DNA from: an uncultured Gemmatimonadales bacterium
GTDB taxonomy: Bacteria > Gemmatimonadota > Gemmatimonadetes > Gemmatimonadales > Gemmatimonadaceae
Length of the DNA stretch: 37,971 nt
NCBI GenBank assembly: GCA_963793305.1
Contig: CAWBZV010000019.1
Span: forward strand, 1 to 37,971
Direction of reading: 5' to 3'
Shown here: piece by piece, positions 8,924 through 17,722 of the stretch
How positions within the stretch are numbered: position 1 is the first letter of the stretch
How the letters are laid out: the number at the start of each line of letters is the position of its first letter
Made by a program: the position numbers and the translations under genes
Notes under the pieces: model-generated
The model's input: the letters and a program-made list of their open reading frames with translations, nothing else
What the model was told of the DNA's origin: nothing
The model's database searches: none

Positions 8924-10016
8924 TCAGAGGATAGCGCCACGCGCGACGATCGGCCACAGGCCCTCCACCCGCTCGCCGCGCACGGCTACACACCAGTCGT
9001 ACAGGTTAACCGTCGGATCGCAATGCCCAGGGATGAGCCTCAACTTCGTACCGAGCGGGATGTCCGCATCGAGGTTGCCATGCTCATCAGACACGCGGAC
9101 GTACGACACCCCGGGATAATCAGCCACGAGCGGCATCCCCTCGTCGAACGACATCGCCTTGAGCCCGGCATCGACGACGGAATGTCCGCGCCCAGTCGCG
9201 CTCATCACTTGTGTATACACAAAGAGACTATTCCGAAATTCCGGCCGCGGCGTATTGCGACCGTAATCGGCATCCATGAGCACGTACGACCCAGGCTGTA
9301 TTTCGTTGTACGCCCGACTGGCCGAATCAAAGACGTACGTCCCGGTTCCCCCACCGGTGACCAGATCGCACGCCAGCCCATCGCGCCGCAATATTTCGAT
9401 GGTTTCGTGGAGCGCAGCGACGCTTGTCTCGACGGCCTGCTTGCGATCAGCCTCCGCGCGAATGTGCTGTGCCCGTCCCTGGTACCCTTGGAGCCCAGCA
9501 AATCGCAGAATGACTCGATGAGGCGACACGCCGGGCGAGCTGCGCGGCCGGCTTGCCGGGCATCTGCCCGCACCGGGCCCCGCCGACATCCACTTCGACC
9601 AAGACACCGAGCGTCACACCGGCACGAGCAGCCGCCGCGTCGAGCAGCGGGACGACCGACGCATCATCCACGCACGTCATGATCGTCGCGCGCTGAGCCA
9701 GCGCCGCCAGGCGTTCGATCTTCCGCGGCGCCACGATCTCGTTGCTGACGAGCACATTGCCCACGCCCGCATCGACGAGCGCCTCGGCCTCGCTCACCTT
9801 CTGGGAGCACACGCCAACGGCCCCGAGCGCCATTTGCCGAAGCGAGATCTCGGCGCACTTGTGCGCTTTGGCATGCGGCCGCAGCGCGACACCGGCCCGA
9901 GCCGCATAACCCGCCATCTCCCGCATGTTGTGCTCGAGCGCATCGAGGTCAACAATGAGCGCCGGTGTATCGACCTCGACGAGTGGATCGCCTAGAGCCG
10001 CGGGTGGGTTAGCCAT
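8924..10016 (-). CDS. DSD1-family PLP-dependent enzyme (D-threonine aldolase / D-amino acid dehydratase type) with one frameshift, probably a sequencing error
   Basis: DTPALIVDLD, RPHAKAHK (PLP lysine), VTGGGTGT, EIQPGSYVLMD, SDEHG, IPGHCDPTVNL. One extra base at 9509-9510 separates the halves, and removing it gives SSHLRFAGLQGYQG. Confidence 0.88.
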
Positions 10017-10065
10017 TCGGCCGCGAAACCTAATGAGGGGGGTCCGGGGGGCGTAGTTGGGGTTT

Positions 10066-10131
10066 GCTGATAGCGCAGATCCATACTGGATCTGCACTAT
10101 CAGCGAGCTTGACCGGCTTGCGCCGGCCAAG
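10066..10131. repeat. Two tandem hairpins in a divergent intergenic region
   Basis: GCTGATAG-C-GCAGATCCA tac TGGATCTGC-A-CTATCAGC (10066-10104) and CTTGACCGGC ttgc GCCGGCCAAG (10108-10131). Confidence 0.7.
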
Positions 10132-10148
10132 GTTGCCCCCCGGAGGCG

Positions 10149-10200
10149 AACAGACCAGTCGAGCGGCGCGCAGCGCTGCATCGACGAGCCGCGGAGCGGC
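10149..10200 (+). repeat. REP-like ~50-bp element, copy 1 (upstream of xfp)
   Basis: AACAGACCAGTCGAGCGGCGCGCAGCGCTGCATCGACGAGCCGCGGAGCGGC aligns with 12594-12642. Confidence 0.8.
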
Positions 10201-10227
10201 TGTTACCATCCCCTGCTAAAGTGCTGT

Positions 10228-12567
10228 ATGAGCCATAACGCCACGTTCGAGTTCGACGCCAGCGTGTCGAGTGCCGTGAGCGCTCCATGGGGTCAACTCC
10301 ACCGGTACTGGCAGGCCGCGAACTATCTCACGGTCGGCCAGATCTACCTCAAGGACAACCCACTGCTGCGCGAGCCGCTCCGGCCAGAGCACATCAAGCC
10401 GCGGCTGCTCGGCCACTGGGGCACGTCACCAGGGTTGAGCTTCATCTACGCGCATCTCAACCGGCTCATCACGGCGCACGACGTCAACGCGATCTACCTC
10501 GCCGGCCCGGGCCACGGCGGCCCGGCGATCGTCGCGAACGTGTATCTCGAAGGTACCTACTCCGAGATCTACCCGACGGTCACGAGAGACGCGGACGGGC
10601 TCCGTCGATTCTTCCGACAGTTCTCGACCCCAGGCGGGATTCCGAGTCACGTCAGCGTGACGACGCCCGGCTCGATCCACGAAGGCGGCGAGCTTGGCTA
10701 CGTGCTCGCTCACGCATACGGCGCCGCGTTCGACAATCCCGGCCTCCTCGTCGTCGCGGTGGTCGGCGATGGCGAGGCCGAGACGGGCCCACTCGCGGGC
10801 TCCTGGAAGGGCACTCGGTTCTCGAACTTGGATCGCGACGGCTCAGTTCTCCCGATCCTTCACCTCAACGGATATAAGATCAGCGGCCCCACGGTCTTCG
10901 GCCGCGCAAAGGACGATGACCTGCGCCGCATTCTCGAGGCCGAAGGCCATGAGGTGCACCTGGTCGAAGGCGACGATCCGATACATCTGCACGGAGAGTT
11001 CGCGGCGACGCTCGACGCCTGCTATTCGAACCTCCGCAATCGCCCCGCGATCATCCTGCGCACGCCGAAAGGTTGGACGGGCCCGAAGGAGCTCGATGGT
11101 CTCCCTATAGCAGGGACGTTCCGAGCGCACCAAGTGCCGCTGCCCGACGTACGGACAAACGCCGAGCAGCTGCGCATGCTCGAAGACTGGATGCGGAGCT
11201 ACCAGCCCGAGACGCTATTCGACGAGTCAGGCGCGCTCGTGCCCGACCTCGCGGCACTCGCGCCGAAAGGCGATCGCCGCATGGGCGCCAACCCGCACGC
11301 GAACGGTGGCCGCCTCACTCAGCCGCTCGATCTCCCCGACTTCAGGAAGTACGCGATCGACGTCCCCGCGCCGGCGACAGTCAAGCGCGAGTCGACCCGA
11401 CAACTCGGGGCACTGTGCCGCGACATCTTCACTCGAAACCCAAAGAACTTTCGCCTCACGTGCCCCGACGAAACGAACTCGAACCGACTCGGCGACGTGT
11501 TCCAGGTCGAGAACCGCTGCTTCGTCGGCCCGATCTTGAGCATCGATGACCACGTAAGCCCCACGGGCCGCGTGATGGAAGTCCTGAGCGAGCACCTCTG
11601 CGAAGGCTGGCTCGAGGGATATGTCCTCACCGGCCGCCATGGCCTGTTCGCGACCTACGAAGCCTTCGCCATGGTCTCGGCCTCGATGACGGTGCAGCAC
11701 ACGAAGTGGCTCGAAGCCGCCAACGACCTCGCCTGGCGCGCTCCCGTCCCCTCCCTCAACATCCTGCTCACGTCCACGGCCTGGCGGAACGATCACAACG
11801 GATTCAGCCACCAAGGGCCGGGGCTGATCGACGTGATGCTCTCCAAGCGCGGCACGGTGTCCCGCATCTACCTGCCGCCCGACGCGAACTGCCTGCTCTC
11901 CGTCGCCGACCACTGCTTCCGGTCGAAGAGCTACGTCAATCTCATCGTCATCGACAAGCAGCCCCAGCTCCAATGGTTGCCAATGGACGCCGCCATCGCC
12001 CACTGCGAGCGCGGGGCATCGATATGGGAGTGGGCCTCGACCGATGCCGGTGCCGACCCCAACGTCGTCTTAGGCTGCGCCGGCGACATTCCCACGCTCG
12101 AGACTATCGCCGCCGCCTGGTGGCTGCGCCAGCTCGCGCCCGAGCTACGCGTGCGCGTCGTCAACGTCGTCGATCTCATGACGCTGTTCTCGCCGAACGA
12201 GCATCCGCACGGGATGACGGACGACGCCTTCGTCGAGCTCTTCACCGCCGATAAGCCCGTGGTCTTTGCTTGGCACGGGTACCAACGCGCCGTGCACGCC
12301 ATTATCCACGGCCGTCCACATGCCAGTCGCTTCCACGTGCGCGGGTTCAACGAGCAAGGCACGACGACGACGCCATTCGATATGGTCGTACTGAATGGCA
12401 TGAGCCGTTACCATCTGGCAGCCGAAGCGATCCGGCGCACCACCCGACTCGGCAACAATGGCAGCGATCTCATTAACCGATTCATCCAGATGACGAAGGA
12501 CGCGACGCGGTATTCCTACGAGCACATGGAGGACGAGCCGGAGATCGCCAACTGGACGTGGCATTAA
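10228..12567 (+). CDS. xfp: Xylulose-5-phosphate/fructose-6-phosphate phosphoketolase
   Basis: LLGHWGTSPG, GPGHGGPA, SIHEGGELGY, GDGEAETGPLAGSW (TPP-binding), LSEHLCEGWLEGY, DHNGFSHQ. Extended -10 TGcTAAAGT 5 nt before ATG. Confidence 0.97.
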   Translation: MSHNATFEFDASVSSAVSAPWGQLHRYWQAANYLTVGQIYLKDNPLLREPLRPEHIKPRLLGHWGTSPGLSFIYAHLNRLITAHDVNAIYLAGPGHGGPAIVANVYLEGTYSEIYPTVTRDADGLRRFFRQFSTPGGIPSHVSVTTPGSIHEGGELGYVLAHAYGAAFDNPGLLVVAVVGDGEAETGPLAGSWKGTRFSNLDRDGSVLPILHLNGYKISGPTVFGRAKDDDLRRILEAEGHEVHLVEGDDPIHLHGEFAATLDACYSNLRNRPAIILRTPKGWTGPKELDGLPIAGTFRAHQVPLPDVRTNAEQLRMLEDWMRSYQPETLFDESGALVPDLAALAPKGDRRMGANPHANGGRLTQPLDLPDFRKYAIDVPAPATVKRESTRQLGALCRDIFTRNPKNFRLTCPDETNSNRLGDVFQVENRCFVGPILSIDDHVSPTGRVMEVLSEHLCEGWLEGYVLTGRHGLFATYEAFAMVSASMTVQHTKWLEAANDLAWRAPVPSLNILLTSTAWRNDHNGFSHQGPGLIDVMLSKRGTVSRIYLPPDANCLLSVADHCFRSKSYVNLIVIDKQPQLQWLPMDAAIAHCERGASIWEWASTDAGADPNVVLGCAGDIPTLETIAAAWWLRQLAPELRVRVVNVVDLMTLFSPNEHPHGMTDDAFVELFTADKPVVFAWHGYQRAVHAIIHGRPHASRFHVRGFNEQGTTTTPFDMVVLNGMSRYHLAAEAIRRTTRLGNNGSDLINRFIQMTKDATRYSYEHMEDEPEIANWTWH

Positions 12568-12588
12568 GAGGCGGGCGCAGCCCGTCTC
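12568..12588 (+). terminator. GC-rich hairpin directly after the xfp stop codon, no U-tract
   Basis: GAGGCGGGC gca GCCCGTCTC. Confidence 0.4.
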
Positions 12589-12593
12589 GATCC

Positions 12594-12642
12594 AACTGAC
12601 CAGTCGAGCAGCGCCAGCTGCCTCGACGTGCCGCGGAGCGGC
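12594..12642 (+). repeat. REP-like ~50-bp element, copy 2 (downstream of xfp)
   Basis: AACTGACCAGTCGAGCAGCGCCAGCTGCCTCGACGTGCCGCGGAGCGGC, same orientation as 10149-10200. Confidence 0.8.
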
Positions 12643-12743
12643 ACACGAAATTAGACGAAATCGCTGCTTTTCGTCCTGAATACCGCTGACCCGGGGGGCC
12701 GGGCACTCGTCGATCCGCAAACTTCACCCACGAGGCTCCCCCG

Positions 12744-13217
12744 ATGGTTACGAAGCGCCACGCCGTTCTCTTACTCCTAGCAGCCATTGTGGCGGCCTGC
12801 AGCAGCAGCTCGACCTCCCCCAACGGCGAGAAGTCACCCTCGAACGCCGGTAACGGCGACAAGGTCGACCTCACCGGAACGTACGACCTGTCAACGTTCA
12901 CCTTCGACTCCGCGGATGGTGGCTCCTGGTCGGCGAGTACCGATGTGAACAACACCGCGACGCTCACCTTGACCGGGGGCGCGTACACGCTGGGGTCGAC
13001 CGGCGCCCTGACGCAGAACATCGGGAATACGCACGGCAGCTATACGGCGACCGATACGTCGTCGGCGGCCCAGCGCGGCACGCTCGTCCTCTATGACAGC
13101 GTCGCGGCCAAGACGCAGAATGCCAATTGGGCGTACGCCAACAACTCGCTCACGGTCAGCATCCCGAACGGCGGTGGCTCGGGCAACACCATCGTGACGG
13201 CGTGGGCTAAGCAGTAG
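12744..13217 (+). CDS. Hypothetical lipoprotein, lipocalin-like beta-barrel
   Basis: Lipobox VAAC, Ser/Gly linker, LTGTYDL first-strand motif, beta-rich body. Confidence 0.7.
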   Translation: MVTKRHAVLLLLAAIVAACSSSSTSPNGEKSPSNAGNGDKVDLTGTYDLSTFTFDSADGGSWSASTDVNNTATLTLTGGAYTLGSTGALTQNIGNTHGSYTATDTSSAAQRGTLVLYDSVAAKTQNANWAYANNSLTVSIPNGGGSGNTIVTAWAKQ

Positions 13218-14898
13218 GCAGTCCCACTCGCCTCACCATCGCTTTGAACCGGGGTTCGCGTCTCACCGGCGCGAACCCCTCGTCCACCAGCAGATTGACC
13301 ATGACCCAGTCGTGGTCCCGGTACGCCCGCTCGAGCGCGGCGTACCCTTTCTCGTTTTCGCCAACGGTGAAATAAATCTGCGCGACCTGATACGGCCCGA
13401 ACTCGGCCTCCTTGGCTCCGCGCAGCATGGCCTCGGCCTCGTCGATCGCCCCCTGCTTCTGCCCACCGGCAAGCTTCTCATAGATGTGCAGGATGCCGAG
13501 CCGCGTCGTATCCCCCATGAGCCGCGTGACCGCCCGCACCTCGGCCTCGGCCTGCTGAAAGTCGCCCAGCTCGAGATACGCGCTGCCGAGGTAGTCGTGG
13601 GCGGGCTCGAAGTCGGGCTGGAACGCCAATACTCGTCTCAACTCGGCGACCGCCTCCTTCGCACGCCCGGCATGGATGTACGCGACGGCAAGATCCCCAC
13701 CCGCAATCGCCGACAACGGATCGAGCGCCACTGCCCGCCTCGACTCGGCGATGCTCGTATCACCGCGTCCCAGATCGCCCAGAAATTCGCCGTACCACTG
13801 ATGCGCCGTCGCATAGTTCGGATTCGCGGCAATCGCCCGCCGAAAGTCCGCGTCCGCGCCGGCGAAATTCCAATCCCACCGCGCCGTGACGATCGCCAGC
13901 GACGTGTACGCTTCCGCGGAATTCGAGTCCAGCGCCAATGCCCTGCGCGCGGCTGCCTCGGCCTTCGGGAACGCGTCTCGTGACGACAGCGACCCCCACA
14001 CGCTCAACAACGTGTACGAGTCCGCGAGGCCCGAGTACGCCGGCGCGTACAACGAGTCCTTGGCGATCGCCTGCGTGAAGTACTCGATCGCCTTCGTGAG
14101 ACCCGCCTCGTTGCGCTTGGCCCAGAAGTAGCGACCCGTGAGATACGCGAGCCGCGCATCGGGATCGACCGGCCGTGGTGGGCGACGCATCGGGAGAGCC
14201 TTCCCCGTCAGTCGTTCGAGCACCGACCCCGAGATCGCCGCCGCGACCTCGTCCTGCACCGACAACACGTCTGATAGATCGCGCTCGTAGTTTTCAGTCC
14301 ACAGATGCCGATCGGTACGGGCATCGACGAGGTCCGCGGTGATCCGCACCCGATTGCCCGACCGTTGCAACGTCCCTTCGACGACCACCGTTGCGTGCAG
14401 CGCCTCCGCGATACGTGGAAGCGACACGGGAGTCTGCCGAAACCCCGACGTCGACGTGCGCGAGATGATAGGCAGCTTCCCCGCGCGACCCAACGTGACG
14501 ATGATGTCGTCGGTCAACCCGTCCGCCAGGTGGTCGTCACTCCCACCCAGATCGGTAAACGGAAGCACGGCCACGACGGTATCCGGCGCCGGGAGCGTCT
14601 CGCGCGGTCGCACCGCGAGGGCGAGAACGAGCGCCAGTCCAAGCAGTCCGCCCCCGACGCCAAGGCGGAGCGGCCAACGGCGCGACACGCGCTCGACGGG
14701 CGCGGGAACGGGCGCCGGCGGCGACTGCCGCGAGCGAACCCACGCATCCAGCTCCGCGTCGTAGGCAAAGACATTCGCACGCGCCGTGTGGGTCAGCCAA
14801 TGGATCGGCAGCCCTTCGTTCTTCTCCCACAGCTGCGCCGTCCGAATGTCCTTGCCGAGGTACGCCGCGATCTGCTTCCAAGACTCAAGGCGCTTCAC
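13207..14898 (-). CDS. Membrane-anchored regulator: N-terminal HTH, TM helix, TolB-N-like domain, TPR repeats
   Basis: GTG start giving MKRLESWKQIAAYLGKDIRTAQLWEKNEGLP, then a TM segment, VAVLPFTDL..LADGLTDDII, YLTGRYFWAKR and multiple TPR repeats. Overlaps the peptidase stop by 14 nt. Confidence 0.85.
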   Translation of the reverse strand: MKRLESWKQIAAYLGKDIRTAQLWEKNEGLPIHWLTHTARANVFAYDAELDAWVRSRQSPPAPVPAPVERVSRRWPLRLGVGGGLLGLALVLALAVRPRETLPAPDTVVAVLPFTDLGGSDDHLADGLTDDIIVTLGRAGKLPIISRTSTSGFRQTPVSLPRIAEALHATVVVEGTLQRSGNRVRITADLVDARTDRHLWTENYERDLSDVLSVQDEVAAAISGSVLERLTGKALPMRRPPRPVDPDARLAYLTGRYFWAKRNEAGLTKAIEYFTQAIAKDSLYAPAYSGLADSYTLLSVWGSLSSRDAFPKAEAAARRALALDSNSAEAYTSLAIVTARWDWNFAGADADFRRAIAANPNYATAHQWYGEFLGDLGRGDTSIAESRRAVALDPLSAIAGGDLAVAYIHAGRAKEAVAELRRVLAFQPDFEPAHDYLGSAYLELGDFQQAEAEVRAVTRLMGDTTRLGILHIYEKLAGGQKQGAIDEAEAMLRGAKEAEFGPYQVAQIYFTVGENEKGYAALERAYRDHDWVMVNLLVDEGFAPVRREPRFKAMVRRVGLPTA

Positions 14899-16951
14899 TG
14901 ACCTGTTTAGTCTCGAGATACTTGTCGAACCAGCCAATGATATGATCGAGCCGCGCCACCCAATGCACGGGCTTCCCCGACCGCGACAGCTCGTGCGTCT
15001 CCCCGGGGAACACGACCATTTCCGTCTGCTTGTGCATGGCCTTGAGCGCCCGGAACATGGTGTAGCCACCCGACCCTGACGGTGTGCGACTATCCGCCTC
15101 GCCTTCCACCAACAGGAGCGGGGTCGTCACGTTCGCGATGTACGTGATCGGCGAGCGCAACGCGTACTCCTGCGGGTCTTTAAACGGCGGCTCCTTGAAC
15201 CACGATGGCGTGAACAGCGTGAAGTCGGCCGTATACCACCATGCGGCCCAATCGGCGATCGACCGCTGCGACGCGGCCGCCTGGAATCGATGCGTCTGCG
15301 TGACGACCCAGTTCGTCAGCAACCCACCGCCGCTGCCCCCGGTGACCCCGAGCCGCTTCTCGTCGATGTAGCCGCGCTTGAGCAGCGTATCCACACCGAC
15401 CATGAGATCCTTGTAGTCATCGCCCGGATAGTGGTACTGGATGATGTTCCCGAACGACTCGCCGTACGTCGTGCTCCCTCGCGGATTCGGCGCCAGGACG
15501 ACGTAGCCCCGCGCGGCCATGACCTGAAACTCATGGAAGAACGTCTCGCCGTACGCCGCGTGCGGCCCGCCGTGGATGTTCAGGATCAGCGGGTACTTCT
15601 TGGTCGGCGAGAAATCGGGCGGCTTGACGATCCAGGCCTCGATCGGCGTACCGTCGAAGCTCTTGTACGTGATGCGCTCCGGCGTCGACAACGTCAGCTG
15701 CTTGAACAGGTCGTCGTTGACGTGCGTGAGCTGGGTCAGCGCCTTCGTCGCTGGATCCAGTGCGTAGAGGTCGCTCAAATGCGTGCCGTCGCTCATCGTG
15801 AGCGCGAACCGGCTCCCGTTCGGCGTCGCGCTGTAGGCCACGACGTCGTGCGCCCCGGTCGTCACCGGCTCGACCGCTTTGGTGGCCACGTCGATCCGCA
15901 CGATGTTCGACCGGCCATGCTCCGTCGTCGCCAGATAGAGGCTCTTGCCATCCGCCGACCACACGATCGGTCCGCCACCGCCACCGCGCGGGGGGTGCTG
16001 GTCGCCCGTGACCGAGCTCCCGACTTCGGCCTCGCCGGACGTCAGCTTCGTAATGGTCCCATCGTGCGACCAGAAGATGGCTGACTGCGTGTACGACTGC
16101 CGGTGCGCCGGGTTGATCCATCCGGCAAATGCGTAGCTCTTGCCGTCCGGCGACTGGGCCACCCCACGAATGGGCCCGTCAATGTCGATGGTCTTCGCCA
16201 TCGCGCCGCCGTTCTTCGGGACCGCGAACGCGTCGTCGTCCGGATTATCGTAATACGGCTCGTCCACGCGGTCGGACACGAACAGGATCTGCGACCCGTC
16301 GCGCGCCCACTGCACCTCTTCCTCGTCGTAGTTGCCGGAGGTCACGGCCCGTGCCTTGGCCGGAGCGTCGGCGCCCAGGTCGACATCGACGACGAAGATG
16401 TGATCGTGGCGCAACGGATCGAGCCAGCCCTCGTCGTTGTCCCGGTACACGGCACGGGTCACGACGCGCACATCGCTCTTGTCTTTGTCGGGTGGCGCCG
16501 TGTCGCCCGGCACCGTCGTACTGGTGAACGCGATCGTCTTGCCATCGGGCGACCAGGCCAGGGCGCCGGCGCCTTTCGCCACGTCGGTCAACCGGCGGGG
16601 CTCACCGCCGGCGAGCGATAGCAGGTAAATCTGCGCCGCGCCGGTGTCCGTGGCGTTCCGGATGAATGCCAGCGTGTGTCCGTCCGGCGACCACCGCGGC
16701 GAACGATCGCGGGTACTCGACGTGAGCCGCCTCGGCGCACTCTGGCCGTCCGTGGCCACGACCCACAGGCTCGTCTCGTACTTGTCACCTTTCTCGGCCA
16801 CCTGGACGAGCGTGTACGCCGCCAGTTCACCGTCCGGCGACATGCGCGGATCGGCCACCCACTTGAACTGGTAGAGATCCTTCGAGGTGATGGGACGCGG
16901 GCCCGGCGGCGTCAGTGCGGCCAGGAGGAGGAGCGCGGAGAATCGCAGCAT
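14885..16951 (-). CDS. S9-family (prolyl oligopeptidase/acylaminoacyl) peptidase, secreted
   Basis: PD40/WSPDG propeller, IHGGPH, nucleophile GGSGGG, GEADSRT Asp, GETHEL His, signal peptide. Confidence 0.95.
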   Translation of the reverse strand: MLRFSALLLLAALTPPGPRPITSKDLYQFKWVADPRMSPDGELAAYTLVQVAEKGDKYETSLWVVATDGQSAPRRLTSSTRDRSPRWSPDGHTLAFIRNATDTGAAQIYLLSLAGGEPRRLTDVAKGAGALAWSPDGKTIAFTSTTVPGDTAPPDKDKSDVRVVTRAVYRDNDEGWLDPLRHDHIFVVDVDLGADAPAKARAVTSGNYDEEEVQWARDGSQILFVSDRVDEPYYDNPDDDAFAVPKNGGAMAKTIDIDGPIRGVAQSPDGKSYAFAGWINPAHRQSYTQSAIFWSHDGTITKLTSGEAEVGSSVTGDQHPPRGGGGGPIVWSADGKSLYLATTEHGRSNIVRIDVATKAVEPVTTGAHDVVAYSATPNGSRFALTMSDGTHLSDLYALDPATKALTQLTHVNDDLFKQLTLSTPERITYKSFDGTPIEAWIVKPPDFSPTKKYPLILNIHGGPHAAYGETFFHEFQVMAARGYVVLAPNPRGSTTYGESFGNIIQYHYPGDDYKDLMVGVDTLLKRGYIDEKRLGVTGGSGGGLLTNWVVTQTHRFQAAASQRSIADWAAWWYTADFTLFTPSWFKEPPFKDPQEYALRSPITYIANVTTPLLLVEGEADSRTPSGSGGYTMFRALKAMHKQTEMVVFPGETHELSRSGKPVHWVARLDHIIGWFDKYLETKQVSEAP

Positions 16952-16975
16952 GACGCTACGATATGCACAACGCCC

Positions 16976-17710
16976 CTAATCCTCCAGTGTCGGCATCGTC
17001 GCGAGTACGTCTTCGGCCCGCGGACGCGCCGCGGTCGCCTCGTCCTTGCGGATCCGCCCGTCACGAAACACGATCACCCGCCGGGCGAACTGGGCGATGT
17101 CGCTCTCATGGGTCACCATCACGATCGTGAGCCCACGGTCGTTCAAATCCTGCAGGATCTTCATGATCTCGACCGACGTGCGGCTGTCGAGATTGCCCGT
17201 GGGCTCGTCGGCCAGCAGGATCGACGGCTGATTGACGAGGGCCCGCGCGATCGCCACGCGCTGTTGCTGGCCGCCCGACATCTGCGACGGAAAATGCCCG
17301 GCCCGATCGGCGAGCCCAACCATCGCCAGCGCCGCGCTGGCCCGCTCCCGGCGCGCCGCCTTGTCCAGGCCCGCGTAGATCGTCGGCAACTCGGCGTTCT
17401 CCAACGCCGTCGTGCGAGCCAGGAGATTGAAGCCTTGAAAGACGAACCCGAGCTTCTTGTTCCGGATGCCGGCCAACTCCCGCTTGCTGAACGTCGAGAC
17501 GTTGGTCCCGTCCAACACGTACCGCCCGCTGCTTGGCCGGTCGAGACAACCCAGAATGTTCATCAGGCTCGACTTGCCGCTGCCGCTCGCGCCCATGATC
17601 GCCACGAATCCGCCGGGCTCGATCGCGACCGACACCCCGCGGAGCGCGTGCACGCGGGACTCCCCAAGATCGTAGTACTTATGTACGTCCTCGATCTGGA
17701 TGATCGTCAC
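16976..17710 (-). CDS. ABC transporter ATP-binding protein (MacB/LolD-like)
   Basis: GASGSGKS Walker A, MSGGQQQRVAIARAL signature, ILLADEPTGNLD Walker B, VTH. Confidence 0.95.
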   Translation of the reverse strand: MTIIQIEDVHKYYDLGESRVHALRGVSVAIEPGGFVAIMGASGSGKSSLMNILGCLDRPSSGRYVLDGTNVSTFSKRELAGIRNKKLGFVFQGFNLLARTTALENAELPTIYAGLDKAARRERASAALAMVGLADRAGHFPSQMSGGQQQRVAIARALVNQPSILLADEPTGNLDSRTSVEIMKILQDLNDRGLTIVMVTHESDIAQFARRVIVFRDGRIRKDEATAARPRAEDVLATMPTLED

Positions 17711-17722
17711 CGCGGGCGATCG

